NCBI GenBank assembly: GCA_013265495.1
Contig: MU058213.1
Span: forward strand, 2,976,001 to 3,040,000
DNA: 64,000 nt
From: Vicugna vicugna
Taxonomy: Eukaryota
Direction: 5' to 3'
Under the pieces are notes generated by a model, which had not been told where the DNA came from, did not search any database, and saw only the letters and a list, made by a program, of their open reading frames with translations. Within the stretch, counting starts at the first letter, position 1. Each line of letters opens with the position of its first letter. Of this stretch, positions 38,686 to 51,090 are shown in pieces. A program made the translations under genes and the position numbers.

Positions 38686-41600
38686 TCTTTTCCATCTTAT
38701 TTGTATTTGTCTTTTTTTTTTCCTTTGACAGGATAAATTCCTTCAAGGAAGAAATCTTGTTTCTCTTTCCTTGATAATAATTCATTTTAACTAATAAAAA
38801 TTTCACCCAAAAAAACTGGTACTCACTTTCAGTGATTCCATCCATCCCCAATTAACAATCCCCTAATAATTTTCCTAAAGACAGCATCCAGTTGTGAAGC
38901 CATTAGAAAGACCTTACGGGTTTGCAGGTGGTTAATATGCACCTGCATTGTTATATTCAGGTAATAGTCTAAGCCCTATGGCTTCTTTTTCCGTTTTTCC
39001 CTTTCTCTCCAACTTGCTGTTACCTTTGTCTTCATTCCCCTACTCCAAAAAATTTCATTGGATATTTGCCACCAAACTCTTCCCACTGGTTTATTGTATA
39101 GTCATATGAAATTCAAATCACATTATCTCATAAAACACAAATGCCTAATTGGTGAAGGATGATTTCATTTCCCAAGGTTGGGCTCTGGCGTCTATACCCC
39201 TCCTCCTTCCTGAAGAGTCAATATGCATCTCCCCTTATCAGCAGGAATGGAAGCAATCACGGCAGACACCACACTGTAGAATATGGAAGCCGGAAATTGA
39301 GACAACAGTGCTGACATCTTGACCATGGTCTGCAGTCCTATTGACTGACCTTCCCAAGTCAAAGGTTCTTTCTTGCCCCTGTTGAAGCTATAAGGAACCA
39401 TTCTCTTAGCTCCACCAACTTCAGCCCATTACTTTGTCCTGCCTCCATGCCCCAGAGCCATCATTAGAGGGATCACACGGCTGTAGCAAGAAAGGATCTC
39501 CACCCACCATGGTGCCCATTCGCACTGTGACAATTCAGGGACTTCCTATAGAAGAATCAAGAAACTTGAAAATATGAGGAGAAAGGCTAATGGAAGCCTG
39601 CACATCTCCAAAAAAAAAAAAGACTCTTACCTCATAGTTTGACAAACACAGTGCACTGAGAAAATGATAAACTTGAGGATTCAGAAAAATAAGGGCACAG
39701 TTACTTTCTAAAGAACAAAGTCACATTTGGAGATCACTGGGATAATTCCAGCTTCCATTTATTTCCTGTGGAGGGAAAATCTGGGTTCTTCAAATAGAAA
39801 TGCTCCCTACATCTTCAGGATTTAAAAACTTGGATTTACTTAAACTTTTAAGTTCACCATCTGCCAAAAGTGTAAGTCTGTTTTCTTACATAATCAAAAC
39901 CTGGGTTACAGCTGGTATTAATAATACATCTGTATTACCAATAATTGCTTCAAGCTTCATTTTGGCACGATTAAGGATAAACATAATCCTTTGAAAAGTC
40001 CACAGTTTATTCTGTTTAAAGCTACTGTTAGAGTGAACGCATTTTCATTTTTCTGCCTTCCATTCAATTAATCTGAAATCAAATATGCATCTCTTTGGAT
40101 TATAACTTTTATCTTTATTTCACATACCAAAGTAATAAGTATGAATGTCTAGCCGTTAGTAATTTATTCATGCATTTTGGTTACCAAATCCTATAAAAAT
40201 CCTTTAAATATGGACAAGAGTATCATGTTTATGCAAAGGTCATCTGTACAATGGCTTCAGCCATCTGGGTTGATGCTAAGAACCCGCAAGTAATTGAAGG
40301 TCAAGGTCTGGCACAAAAGGTAGAGGTTACTGTGGATTCCCAGTGGTCTTCTACTGCTTCCTTACTGCCAAATAGTCACAGCTGCAACGAACCAAAGTCA
40401 GACACACTCTGCCAGAGGGCAGGGAGTCACCACTGCCAGTACCCCAAAAGATATTCGACTTTCAAGATACCTTCTCACTACTAGTTTCACTTACTTCACG
40501 ATCATTCTGCTACACATGACTTCCTTGCAAAGGGTGAGAACTCCTCAACGAGATTTCTTTCCCATCATTGCCAGAAGAATTCTTGGTGCTACTCATTTCT
40601 TATTATACTTTCAAGTCATCCCTCCCAAGCCTTCAGAAGGAAGAGGTCAAAGAATGAAATTATTAGCAGTATTGCCTACATGCGCCTACAAAAATGCCAA
40701 TTCATGACCCCAATCCCCTCCCCTGCCCCCAGTGCTCAGCTTTCTTAACAGAAAGGCTGTAGTCAACTCCACCTGGACTGAAGGTCTCACTTCCAAAACC
40801 AAAGCATCTGTCATATCCTCCAAATCTTCCAAGCTTCCACCAAGAGGGAAATCCTTTCTTTCTGGTTCCTGAAATCAGCATCCCTCTGCTTCAGTCCTAC
40901 AACCACTCCCCCTCAGTGTCACAGCCTCCCAAAAAAAAATATGCAGATTACTTGAGGCCACTGAGCCTGACAGCCTCAGGTTTTGACTGGGTCAACTCTC
41001 CTCCTAGGTCTCTAAACACAGCGCTTGGCTAAATGGCTCTAGCACACTGGGTTACCCTGCTTATCACTGAACCACATACATCCTGGGACACAGGTCTTGT
41101 CGTGGGCTCACTGTGTGCAGGGCAACACCCCTCCCTTGCCATCTATAAGACTCTAACATCTTCAGCAGCCCTGCCTGAGACAGGTGTAGGGAGGACCCTG
41201 CTGTTAAGGCAGCAGGGGCTGCCTCAGGCTCCCCTGTTTCATGACCAAAGACGCAGGTCACAACAGGCTTTCTATGACCAACCTTCTACCATGTAAGCCA
41301 GACTACACATCACACTCTGACACAGCTGGCACCAGTGGTTATTAATGAAAAAAGTGTATCCAAAATAGGATTCTACCAAAGATGAGAATTCAGATTTTAA
41401 GAGCTTACAGCAGATCATATGTAATCCACAGAACGAGGTCCCCTTTGTGTACCAGTCTGACCAACAATGAATTGATTGCCTATAGAATACAGTACTCTGT
41501 GAAATGTAATTAAGGATGCCTCTGAAAATTCATTATAAAAATATCTGTATCAAGGCCTTTACTGCTGGAAAGTTGAAGCACGTTAGATTTTCAGAGCAAA

Positions 41601-43240
41601 ATGCAGGTGTGTTTTAGGATGAAGGAAATTTACAAAGATTCCGAAGCTTAACATGGCTTTATGCCCTTTACCCATTTCTTACCATCTCGGGAGAAGGGAA
41701 CAACTTCTCTTTCCCTGACTCTCTGTTCATTCACATGTTCCATAAATTACCTTTCTTAAAGTTATTTCACAGGTACACTCCAAGATATATTCTTAAAAAT
41801 GAACAAATCTTACTCTGCATCTCTTATTTTCAATTCTCCCTTCTCCTTTCTTCCTGCTGGTTCCTCTAGGGGTCAGATTTAGCTTTCCTCAACCTTCTCT
41901 TTTATGGATATCCTCGACCTCTGTTTCAGCTGGCTCTCCCAACCAACACAACTGCCACTAGCTTCACATGAATAAATAACCATCCTGTTTTAAGTTGTAT
42001 GATTCTTCTCAAGGTAAATATTCATGATAAATGATTATCCCTAAAAACCTTGAGTCCAAGAATCCACTGAAGTAATCTGAGTGAGGCCTTACAGAATTTT
42101 ATTATTTTTTTTTTCAAACAGGTGAGGTTGGTTTAATTTTTTTTGAAGTGCAGATGGAATTCACAGGGAAGAGTCTGAGCATTCCCTGCTTAAGAGAGCT
42201 TTTATGTCACTATGACAAAATTGAAAGTCCTAAGATAATTACCAGTTTTTGCTTTCCTTGGATAATGTATCTGTAAGTTATTTTTATGAGATGCTTTAGA
42301 CCTGTGGCAGTGAACATCGCCTACTTGCCAGTGGTAACAGCAATATGTTATCTGAAGAGAGGAATCTGCAACAATTTCAGAAAACCACGAATACTAGAGG
42401 CCTGAAAATCTAGTGGGGAGTGGTGTCTGGAGTGAAAAGAGAGCTCCCAGGGCTGGGGTAAGGAGGTATGGGCACTGCCCGGAGCAGGTGCCCTGGGGTA
42501 AGGAGCTGAGCAGAACCCAAGGAAGTGGAGGGCCACTGAAGATGCTTTCCAAACTCAGTCAACCCGTACTGCTCCGGCTTCCTTCCCCTGGCATCTTCCT
42601 CCTAACTTTTTCCAGCTGATGTCACCAGAGAAAGGAGAGGAGAAAAGGCAAGGGACAGGAGTCATTCATGGTATTTGAGAACACAAAGGAAGGAACGGTA
42701 GAACATAAGCTTACTAATCAATTCCCCCAAAGAAGATTATAGAAACAAACCACCCACTCCAACTTCTGAAGGAAGATAGGAAGGAAGGAACTGGGGGGAA
42801 GAGGGGGAGATCAGAATTCCAGAGGGAGAAAACAAGATGTTCCTTAGAAACCAGACATTGCATAATCACATTTCTTTCAGTTCAACTGTCTTCTACAAAG
42901 TTATTACTTCTAAACCTGATCTTTGGGTAATTTAACTGTACCATCACCCCCAGGCAAAGTGAAATCTATCAGGAAAAGAAGTGCGAGCACGTCAGGTCAT
43001 GTAAGCTCTTTGTAACAGATAAACAGCCAACGTTGAAAACTTTCATTGCATAGAATTCAGACCTAAAGATGTAGCTGGTGAATTTTTCCACTTTCATATT
43101 TTAAAATTCCATTGTGCTTCTAACAGAGTTAGTGAGATAAATAATGCTGTGTTCATTTATTTGTTTTTGTTTTTTTTTCCTCCCATCTAAAAGCTGGAAA
43201 ACAGACTTCTCCAGCCCCTCCAAAGTCATCGCAAATAATC

Positions 43241-43273
43241 CAGTGCCCTCTATTGGCCTTCCCACCACACTGC
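43241..43273 (-). promoter_or_regulatory. candidate CTCF site (core + upstream motif)
   Basis: Minus strand reads GCAGT-N9-AGGCCAATAGAGGGCACTG. Confidence 0.6.
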
Positions 43274-43310
43274 TTCTCTAAGGCCTCTGCAGCTAGCTGG
43301 GTTGTTTTTA

Positions 43311-43653
43311 TTTTTTTATTTTTATTTTTTTTACATTTTTTTTATTGATTCATAATCATTTTACAGTGTTGTGTCAAATTCCAGTGTTCAGCACAATTTT
43401 TCAGTCATTCATGGACATATACACACTCATTGTCACATTTTTTTCTCTGTGAGTTATCATAACATTTTGTGTATATTTCCCTGTGCTATACAGTGTAATC
43501 TTGTTTATCTATTCTACAATTTTGAAATCCCAGTCTATCCCTGCCCACCCTCTTCCCCCCCCCACCCCGGTAACCACAAGTCTGTATTCTCTGTCCATGA
43601 GTCTATTTCTGTCCTGTATTTATGCTTTGTTTTTGTTTGTTTGTTTGTTTTTG
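43311..43653 (-). mobile_element. very young L1 3'UTR insertion
   Basis: Perfect 17-bp TSD tagctgggttgttttta (43294-43310 / 43654-43670); closely similar to the 19287 copy. Confidence 0.96.
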
Positions 43654-44174
43654 TAGCTGGGTTGTTTTTAAACATTCTGCAGCCACAGCTTTGCAGATAA
43701 ATTAGTGGCTTAAGAAAAGTGCGGTTTGGACTGAACACAAATCACTTCACAAGCAATAGAAGAAATAGGTATAAATGGACTCTAAAAATCAAGCAGTAAA
43801 ATTATTTATGCCAAGGGCAACAATTATGTCACTTTCCTCTTTCAAAAAAATTTTTGATTTTTCTTAATAACAGCTTTGTTATATGGCTGAATTACCATTC
43901 ATCATGGTGTGACATGATTTGTTTCAGAAGCAGACAATAAACTGAATTAAATTTAATCAAAGTGACCCAGCAAGCCGGGGACAGGTGAGAGACCATACTT
44001 GCCCATAAGGCCTGGGAGGAGCTGATTTTCTCCAGGCTTACATCATCTTAGACCAAGCTGGGCATGGGCTCAGGGTGTCAGATGCTGTAAGGAGTAGAAT
44101 CTTGTTGAGGAGGACAAGTGGGGAACTCTGGGACAGCAACCCTTTCATACTCCTAGAGAATTTCCTTTTTTTTT

Positions 44175-44338
44175 AAAAAAAACAACTAAAATTTATTATT
44201 TTATTACTTTGGAGGTCAGAAGTCTAAAATCTTTTTCACTGGGCTAAAATCAAGGCGTCAGCATGGCTATGATCCTCTCTCTGGGGAAGACTGTCATCTT
44301 ATCGTTTCCAGCCTTTAGAGGCTACCTGCATAATTTCC
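44175..44338 (-). mobile_element. MLT1 LTR fragment
   Basis: ggaggtcagaagtctaaaat...aaaatcaaggcgtcagca...tttccagcctttagaggctacctgca. Confidence 0.8.
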
Positions 44339-44359
44339 TCTTTTTCCCCACTTGATTTT

Positions 44360-44598
44360 CTTTTTTTAATTTTTTTTAATTGAAATGTAGCTGATTTACA
44401 AGCCTAGTTTCAGGTGTACAGCAAAGAGATTCAGTTATACATAAGATACACATATATACTTTTCAGAGTCTTTTCCATTATATGTTCTTACAAGAAATTG
44501 AATACAGTTTCCTGTGCTATACGGTAGGTCCTCGTTGTTTTATTTGTTTTGTATATAGTACTGAGTGTCTGTTAATCCCAAACTCCTAATTTACCCCT
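44360..44598 (-). mobile_element. L1 3'UTR stub (intermediate age)
   Basis: ttaattgaaatgtagctgatttaca...tttcctgtgctatacggtaggtcc. Confidence 0.85.
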
Positions 44599-45009
44599 CA
44601 ACAGGAACCTTTAGTCCTACAGCCCTTCATTCAATTGTTTTTTTAAAAGACATTCTAGGCTGACTTTGGTTGGTGAGTTTTTTTTTTCATTAGAAGACTA
44701 TGTCCTCCATACAAAAGTTCATTTTACCCTCCTACGTGAAAAGTAAGAACTCCCAAATTTTCTGCAAAAAAAAAAAAAAACAACAACACTAGCAAATAAG
44801 CCAAGAGTAATTTCTATCTGGGACCTCTGAGGTCTCCATGTGAAACAGAGAAGGGACATCATGACAGCCCCTGGCCCTGTTCTAACTGATCTGTTCCTGG
44901 GGCTAGAGACCTCATAAGTGACATCGCCTTGCCACACAAGATAGATAACAGGAAACAGCTACTCTTGCCACTAAAATAGTGAATTATGGTCCTGTCTCAG
45001 CAGCGTTAA

Positions 45010-45570
45010 ATCATTTGTGTGCCAGGCCTTGGACAGGGGTTGGAAGAACAGAAATAAATAAAACACGGTCTCTACCCACAGGAATTTCAGGCAAATAGGA
45101 CAAAAGACAAGCAAACATAATTAGAACATAACACAGTGAACTCAATGATAAAAATATACAGAGTGGGAGCAAAAAAGAGAAGGCTCTAGCAAGAAAGATC
45201 CATGATTCCAAAGTCATAATTTGTATCGTATCCCCAAATTCATCACTTTTATTCAGTGAGGATCTGGGAACTGCCTAGATTCTTTGAATGCAGTTCTGAT
45301 ACATGGTGGCAAAAAAAAGCTGGTGATAAATATATTAACTGAACCATGATTTACTCATATCAAAGAAGAATTAACCATAAATAGCAAGCTACTCAAAAAC
45401 ACAGAAGAGGGAGTTTTTCAAGGAGAGGATGGGAGACTATGTCAGATAAAGACAAGGTGGGGAAAACTCACACTGAAACGATTGCCAGATTTAGCAGGAA
45501 AAAGTCACTGTTGAATTCAAGACAAGCCACTTCAACGGAATGATGAATACAGGAAGCCAGGCTCAAAGAA
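45010..45570 (-). mobile_element. L2 fragments
   Basis: tgtgtgccaggc...aataaaacacggtctctaccc; agatttagcaggaaaaagtcactg. Confidence 0.65.
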
Positions 45571-45682
45571 GATGTGTTCAAAAAGGAAACTGACACAGGA
45601 GCCATTACCTTACGTGAATGCCATGGGAGATGCACAGGGGAGGACCTTCCTCCAGGACAAGAGCCCTTCCTACCACACAGAT

Positions 45683-45830
45683 GAGAGCGTGGGCTCTCCA
45701 ATCACAGAGACCTGGGTTCAAATTCCAGCTGTGCCATTAAAGGTAACTTGCCACTCCAAGCCTCTGCAAAATGGGATGATGACAGCACCTATCTTGTAGG
45801 AAAAGTACCTAGCACTGAGTGAACACTCAT
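45683..45830 (+). mobile_element. MIR fragment
   Basis: agacctgggttcaaattccagct...ctgcaaaatgggatgatgacagcacct. Confidence 0.75.
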
Positions 45831-46130
45831 TGTGGAAACGGAGTAGGAGTCAGAGAAACCACCATATTTCTCAAGTCCCAGGATTCATACTTTAATAGTT
45901 CTGAAATCAGGATACATCGTAGTTTAACTGTCAGCATTCCCCTTCTTAGCAGTACAAAAAATAATGACTCACCCAACAATCAATGGCATTTTGGATTTAA
46001 TGAGAGAGCTAGTCCCTAATCCTGGAGCAGCTGAGAACCTGACCTAGCTTTATGCAAACTGGCTTCTGAAGAAATGTTATAGGGAATATTTTGCTTAAAT
46101 TCACAGGGATTTTTTTTTTTTAAATGTTCT

Positions 46131-46290
46131 GGGTCCTTGCTGCTCATGGCCCACAAACCAGCAGCAGCAGCAGCACCTGGGATTTTGTTAGAAATGCAGA
46201 ATCTCAGGTCCCACCCCAGACCTATCAAATCAGAACCCTCATTTTAACAAGGCCCTGAGGTAATTTGTGTGTCAAAGTTCTAAAAGCAGT
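46131..46290. mobile_element. MER5A hAT MITE
   Basis: cacctgggattttgttagaaatgcagaatctcaggtcccaccccagacct...cattttaacaag. Confidence 0.9.
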
Positions 46291-47522
46291 TCTAGCTTTT
46301 GGTTTAATTTTTTTAAGTTGGAGCTACTAGTGTCATTGGACATCTGGGTTCATTTCCTTAACTACTCAGCAAATTGTTATCTTTTCTTTAAAATACAGTG
46401 GCAAATTGGGATTAAGTTGGTACTTCAAAATCCTTCAATATTTATGGTGTATCTGGGGATTAATATAGCTGTACATGGAAATGAAAATCTCTGGAAATCA
46501 CAAATAATACTAATACCAAAGTTGAAGAGGTGGAGGATAAAGTTTTAATTTAAAAAGTAAACTATTTCTCCAGCAGCATTGCTGAATTCGGTTGTTAATG
46601 AGGTTCCAAATTGATACATTTGTACCCTTGGCCAAGTGAGACACCAACCAGATTGAATACTTCTAATACACAAGGGTTGAACACTCTGGGAGTCCAATTA
46701 ACCTGGTCTGACCAACCTAGGAAAACAATAGCTGCCAAACATTTGATTGAACTTCATATAAGTAGAATTACTGGCTTGTTATGAAATTCTGTGCTTGGTG
46801 ATATCTACTAGAGAAAATATAAATCATTAATCTGGACTCCTGTGATGCCCTGATTGAGGATAATACTAGGACAATCACGACCAGAGGCAGCACAACTTTG
46901 ATTATCCTATTATTCTCTATGATGGGTTCAAGAAAATGGAATGTAAAATTAGGAAGCATAGCCCTGAAGTGGGGGTAGTTAATCCTCCACACAGAGTCTG
47001 GATTGGCTGCGAGAAAGCAAATAGCTGGAGTGGTGAATGTGCACAGATTAAAAATCCAGATAAACCCCTGGACACTGTTACTTTATGGTGCAAATAACTT
47101 AGGTTTTCTATAATTAATGTAGGCAGAAGAAATTGGATCTGGCATTTTGAAAAATCTTCTCAGTTTTATTACACTAAGTAAGCATATGTGTCTCCTTCCA
47201 TAGCCTCCAGGAATCTGGTGTCCAAGGCCAGCTTCTCACTGCAGGAGCCCTTTGTCAGCTGGGCAGGACCTCGCTAAACCCACACAGGCGCTCTCTCACC
47301 CAAGGCCCATCTCTGCTCCATGGAAGACACACTCACTCTTCTTTGTCCCAACAAACACAGGGGTACAGGTTAACCCCCAGGCGGTAACCTCTTTGCTGCC
47401 CCCATCAGCAAAGCAGTCTGTCTCCTCTCTGATTCCCTGGGCAGGAGCCACATCCCTGTCTCCTATGCCTGGCAGCTGCCGTGGACACACAGCAAGCTCT
47501 CCAAGGAGTGCTGTGAAAGCCA

Positions 47523-48360
47523 CGTCCCGGCTTGAGTTCTCCCGGAAGCAGGCACCGGGACAAGGACTCAAGGGCAAGTGGTTTATTTAGGAGATTATCT
47601 CAGAAAACACTGGCGAGGTGTGGGAAACCTAGGTGTGGTGGGCCCTGTGACACACTGCCCAGAGCCCTCAGGCAGGGAGGCTGTGATACCGCAGTCTCAG
47701 GCATCATCCCTCTTGGAGACTGTGCTGGCTGAAGACAGCAGCCTCTCCCAAGGTCAGTCCTCTCCCAGGCACAGCCCACACCCAGTGACTAATCCTTGCG
47801 GGGTTATAAACGTCCGACCTACTCACCCCAACTTGGGACAGCTGTGAAGGTCCATTCCATCTTGGGGTTCTCTAAGGTGTCAGCCAAGGCTTCTCTTTGG
47901 ACTGTGCTGTGATCCAACTTCTTCCTCTGCTGTTCAGCTTTCGTCTCCTCCTTCCCACAGGTGTCAGTCTGAAAAGAACTCCCTAATAAACATCCTGCAT
48001 GCTAATCAACCCAACCTGCAACACCAGGGAAGGGAAGGGAGCCAACATAGGGTATGCTGTCAAGCAGTTTACCCCTATGGGTAACTGGCGCTCAATCCCA
48101 ATGCAAAACTCTGAGAAAGAGTGTAGAACATGTGCCTTAGAATTATCCCACGCACAGGGTTAAAGGAGCTGAGGCATTCATTGAAAGAGGACCTAATTCC
48201 TTCCACAGCTGGCCTGCCCCGTGCAGAGCCGGCTGCAGCCGCCAAAGAAAGCCTTCAGGCGGAGACTCGAGGTTGGTGCTTGTGGGTTAGGCTAGAGCGC
48301 ACTGAAATGAGATACCGGTGGGTAATGGGAGGGCTCTCTCAGGACGTGCTTCTAGCCACC
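47523..48360 (-). mobile_element. ERVL LTR33-like LTR, split by an LTR16
   Basis: gaagcaggcaccgggacaaggactcaagggcaagtggtttatttaggag | agggaagggaagggagccaa...tgggtaactggcgctcaatccca. Confidence 0.7.
47634..48023 (+). mobile_element. ERVL LTR16(C-like) solo LTR nested in the LTR33-like element
   Basis: TG...CA termini, ctccctaataaacatcctgcatgctaa...caacctgcaaca; TSD ctagg/ccagg. Confidence 0.8.
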
Positions 48361-48504
48361 TGCTCCAAATTAGGCCTCAACTGAATCATCTTCCCAGATT
48401 AAAGATGTTATGGACCCAGAAGGAAAGGAGATCCAAACATGGAAGAGCACTAGAAATACCCGCCACCATCCAGGAAGGCATCTGGGACTGGAACCCAAAG
48501 AGTG

Positions 48505-48710
48505 GCCATATAGCAAACATTTACTGAGTGAACAGTATCTGCCAGACATTCTGCTGGGCCCTTCTCACTCATGAACTCACAGAATTCACAACAATTCTAT
48601 GAGGGATTTCTATTTAACACATGAGGAACTGAAGTTTAGAGGAGGGAAGCTTCCCAAAGATAGAAGCATAACCCCAAATCTAATGTAGAACTCCATATTC
48701 TTAACCAGAC
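48505..48710 (-). mobile_element. MIR SINE
   Basis: atagcaaacatttactgag...cacaacaattctatgagg...atgaggaactgaag. Confidence 0.8.
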
Positions 48711-49700
48711 TACCCTATTTCACCTCCTCTAGGAGCAAGAAATTGATTTCTCCAGAAGGAACACGTTTAGTGAGTCTTGAAAGCAAAAAGGACACTATCT
48801 ACCGAGCTAAACATCACTCACTTTTGGGAAAAGTGAAGAACTGTGTGCCCTTTTCCCTCTGCAAACAGCTAGCATGGAGCAGACAGGAGAAAATGTAACG
48901 TCATAGTAAGAATTTAATGGTGAAAATGCTTCATGTTTTAAACTGTTGGAGTTTATTTACCCCTAGCATTAGGCATTCCAGTTGCTGAACTGAGATTATG
49001 TTTACAACTTAAAGTGACTGACAGTGTTATTCCAGAAGAGTCATGAGTTGGCCAGAGTTTTCATCCAATGGCAGGTGCAGATTACTCCCGCTCAATAAAT
49101 TTCAGAAGATGGGAGATGACAATAAAGTTGTGTCTCAACGCCATGCATCATGCTAGTTCAACTGACCAGTTACATACCGACTAACCTACAGATTTCACAT
49201 TGAGAGCCTTCCCAACTTCTAATAACTATAGAATTAACTGCTACTAAAATAACTATGTAGGGGACCTGGGTTTCATTTCCAAATCTCACTTTATTTTTGA
49301 CCTTAAAAAGAGATTTGAGCTGCCACTTGTCCAAATTGATGGTGCTCTCAACTACTTACTTCAAGATAGAGAGAATGATGCAAGAAGGGACAGAAAACCA
49401 AATCAATTTATAGATTGAAAACAGCAAACCAAGTCAAAGGACGATTCTCTCTCCCTTGGCCACAGTCTCTAGAATTCAGGATGCATGTGAGGCACTACAA
49501 AGGCTCCAAGAATAATCTCTCCCTTTCTTTCTCCTCAGGCATCAGACTGAGAAAATTCACAAATGTTCTCTTATGGTAAATGGCCCACTGTTAGGGCACT
49601 TTCCCAGGACTGAGGTTTCAGAGTCAAAAAAAAAAGAAAAAAAAGAGGGAAAAATTTTTCCACGTGGGACCACAAAACCAGAGGGAAAATAGGCACTTCA

Positions 49701-51000
49701 GGGTAGAAGGGCCAAGATGGCGGAAGCTTGTAGCTCACCCTCTCCCACAATACATCAAGACTGACATCCACGGCCCACCCAGCCAGAGCACCTGCTGAAC
49801 TTTGACAGAACATCGCCTTCTTCAAAAGACAAAATATACAAATCCGGCAGGAGAAAAGGAAAAAAAAAGAAGTAGCATTAAAATAGTGCAGGACCGGTCC
49901 TGCAGGGAGAGAGCGGCAAAGGAGCATAGCGTTTGTACACTGGGTCTCTCCCTTTCCAGTGGAGAGGTCAGCGGGGCTGAGGAGGAACGTCTGAGGCTCG
50001 GATCTGTACGAAATAGCCCTGCACCAACAGAACTAAGATAAACAAGCACAAACGGTCCCGGCGAACCCCAGCCCTAGACACTAACCGGCAGGGGTGGGAC
50101 GGACAGGCTGCCTAAGCCGGGCGGAGGACTCAGGCCCGGCTGTACGGAGGAAACTGCAGTGTGCTGTGTGCCATGGCTGGGAGGGTATGCAGATCAGAAT
50201 AGCCTGGGTCCCCCATTAAATACAAGAAGAAAAAAAAAAGGCAAAGCAACACTGCTAGTGTGCCCTGGGTGGTGGGGCGGCCCACCAAAGCCTTTGTCTT
50301 CAAAGACCCTCGGCACCATTACTGAAGAGCTCTCAGAAGAAGAGCGGCGGGGCTCAGGCACTGCCACCCTATCCTTAGGTGCCCAGCTCCCAGGCGGAAG
50401 CCGGGTCGAAACCCGAATCCATACCTAGAGGCTGCCCAACCTCATAAGCAGGCTGAGGCTTATTGACAGCTCCAGACAAAGGGAAACGTGCCTCTGCTGC
50501 CTCTGTAAACTCGCGCCTCTAAGACCAACATACAAGGAACGGAGTTCCGGCACACAGCGAGGGCAAGGGCTGGTGACGCCATTTTCTCTAAGCCTGCCTA
50601 CCGAGTACAGGCCCTGCTGCGGCTTGGGGAGCAGCACTGAACTGGGGAGCGACGCGCCCACCTACCGTGCACAAGCAGGGTGCCAGGACGCAGCGCTGTG
50701 AGGTGCCTGCGGCCGCCCGGGTGGCATCAGGAGGGGGTGTGACCTGCAGCCTACGTGCGCGAGCGCAGCGCCTACACGCTGCGTCGGGAGGGGGCGTGAC
50801 CTGCCCACCTACCAGCACTGGAGGCGGCTCAGACCAGGGGCGCGACTTGAGAGCCTCTGGAGCCTGCGAGCAGAGTTAGTGCAGCAGGGCGAGGGCAGGA
50901 GTGGTGACAACCACAGAACAAAATGAGGCCCCAAGGCAGGCTCTGGGCACCACAACACCAGCCACACCGCCAACCAAAGCGATAACAGGCAAAAGGCATG
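49701..51000 (+). promoter_or_regulatory. CpG-rich L1 internal promoter (5'UTR)
   Basis: Visibly GC/CpG-dense compared with flanks; YY1-type caagatggcgg at 49713. Confidence 0.7.
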
Positions 51001-51090
51001 GAAGGAGGACTGGCAGCCACCCATACTTAAGAAGGACCTCTCAACAAAATTATTAAGAGCACACAGTCTTCACCGGAACACATCCACTTT

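Noticed and set aside
40192..40484. TATAAAA followed by a 77-aa ORF with a strong Kozak context (acaATGG)
   Set aside because: Intervening upstream ATGs, no recognisable homology and no splice or polyA support; compatible with chance.
45859..46012. Possible TcMar/Tigger-like MITE (accatatttc...catttggatttaatg-like ends)
   Set aside because: Too degraded to define termini or family without a profile search.
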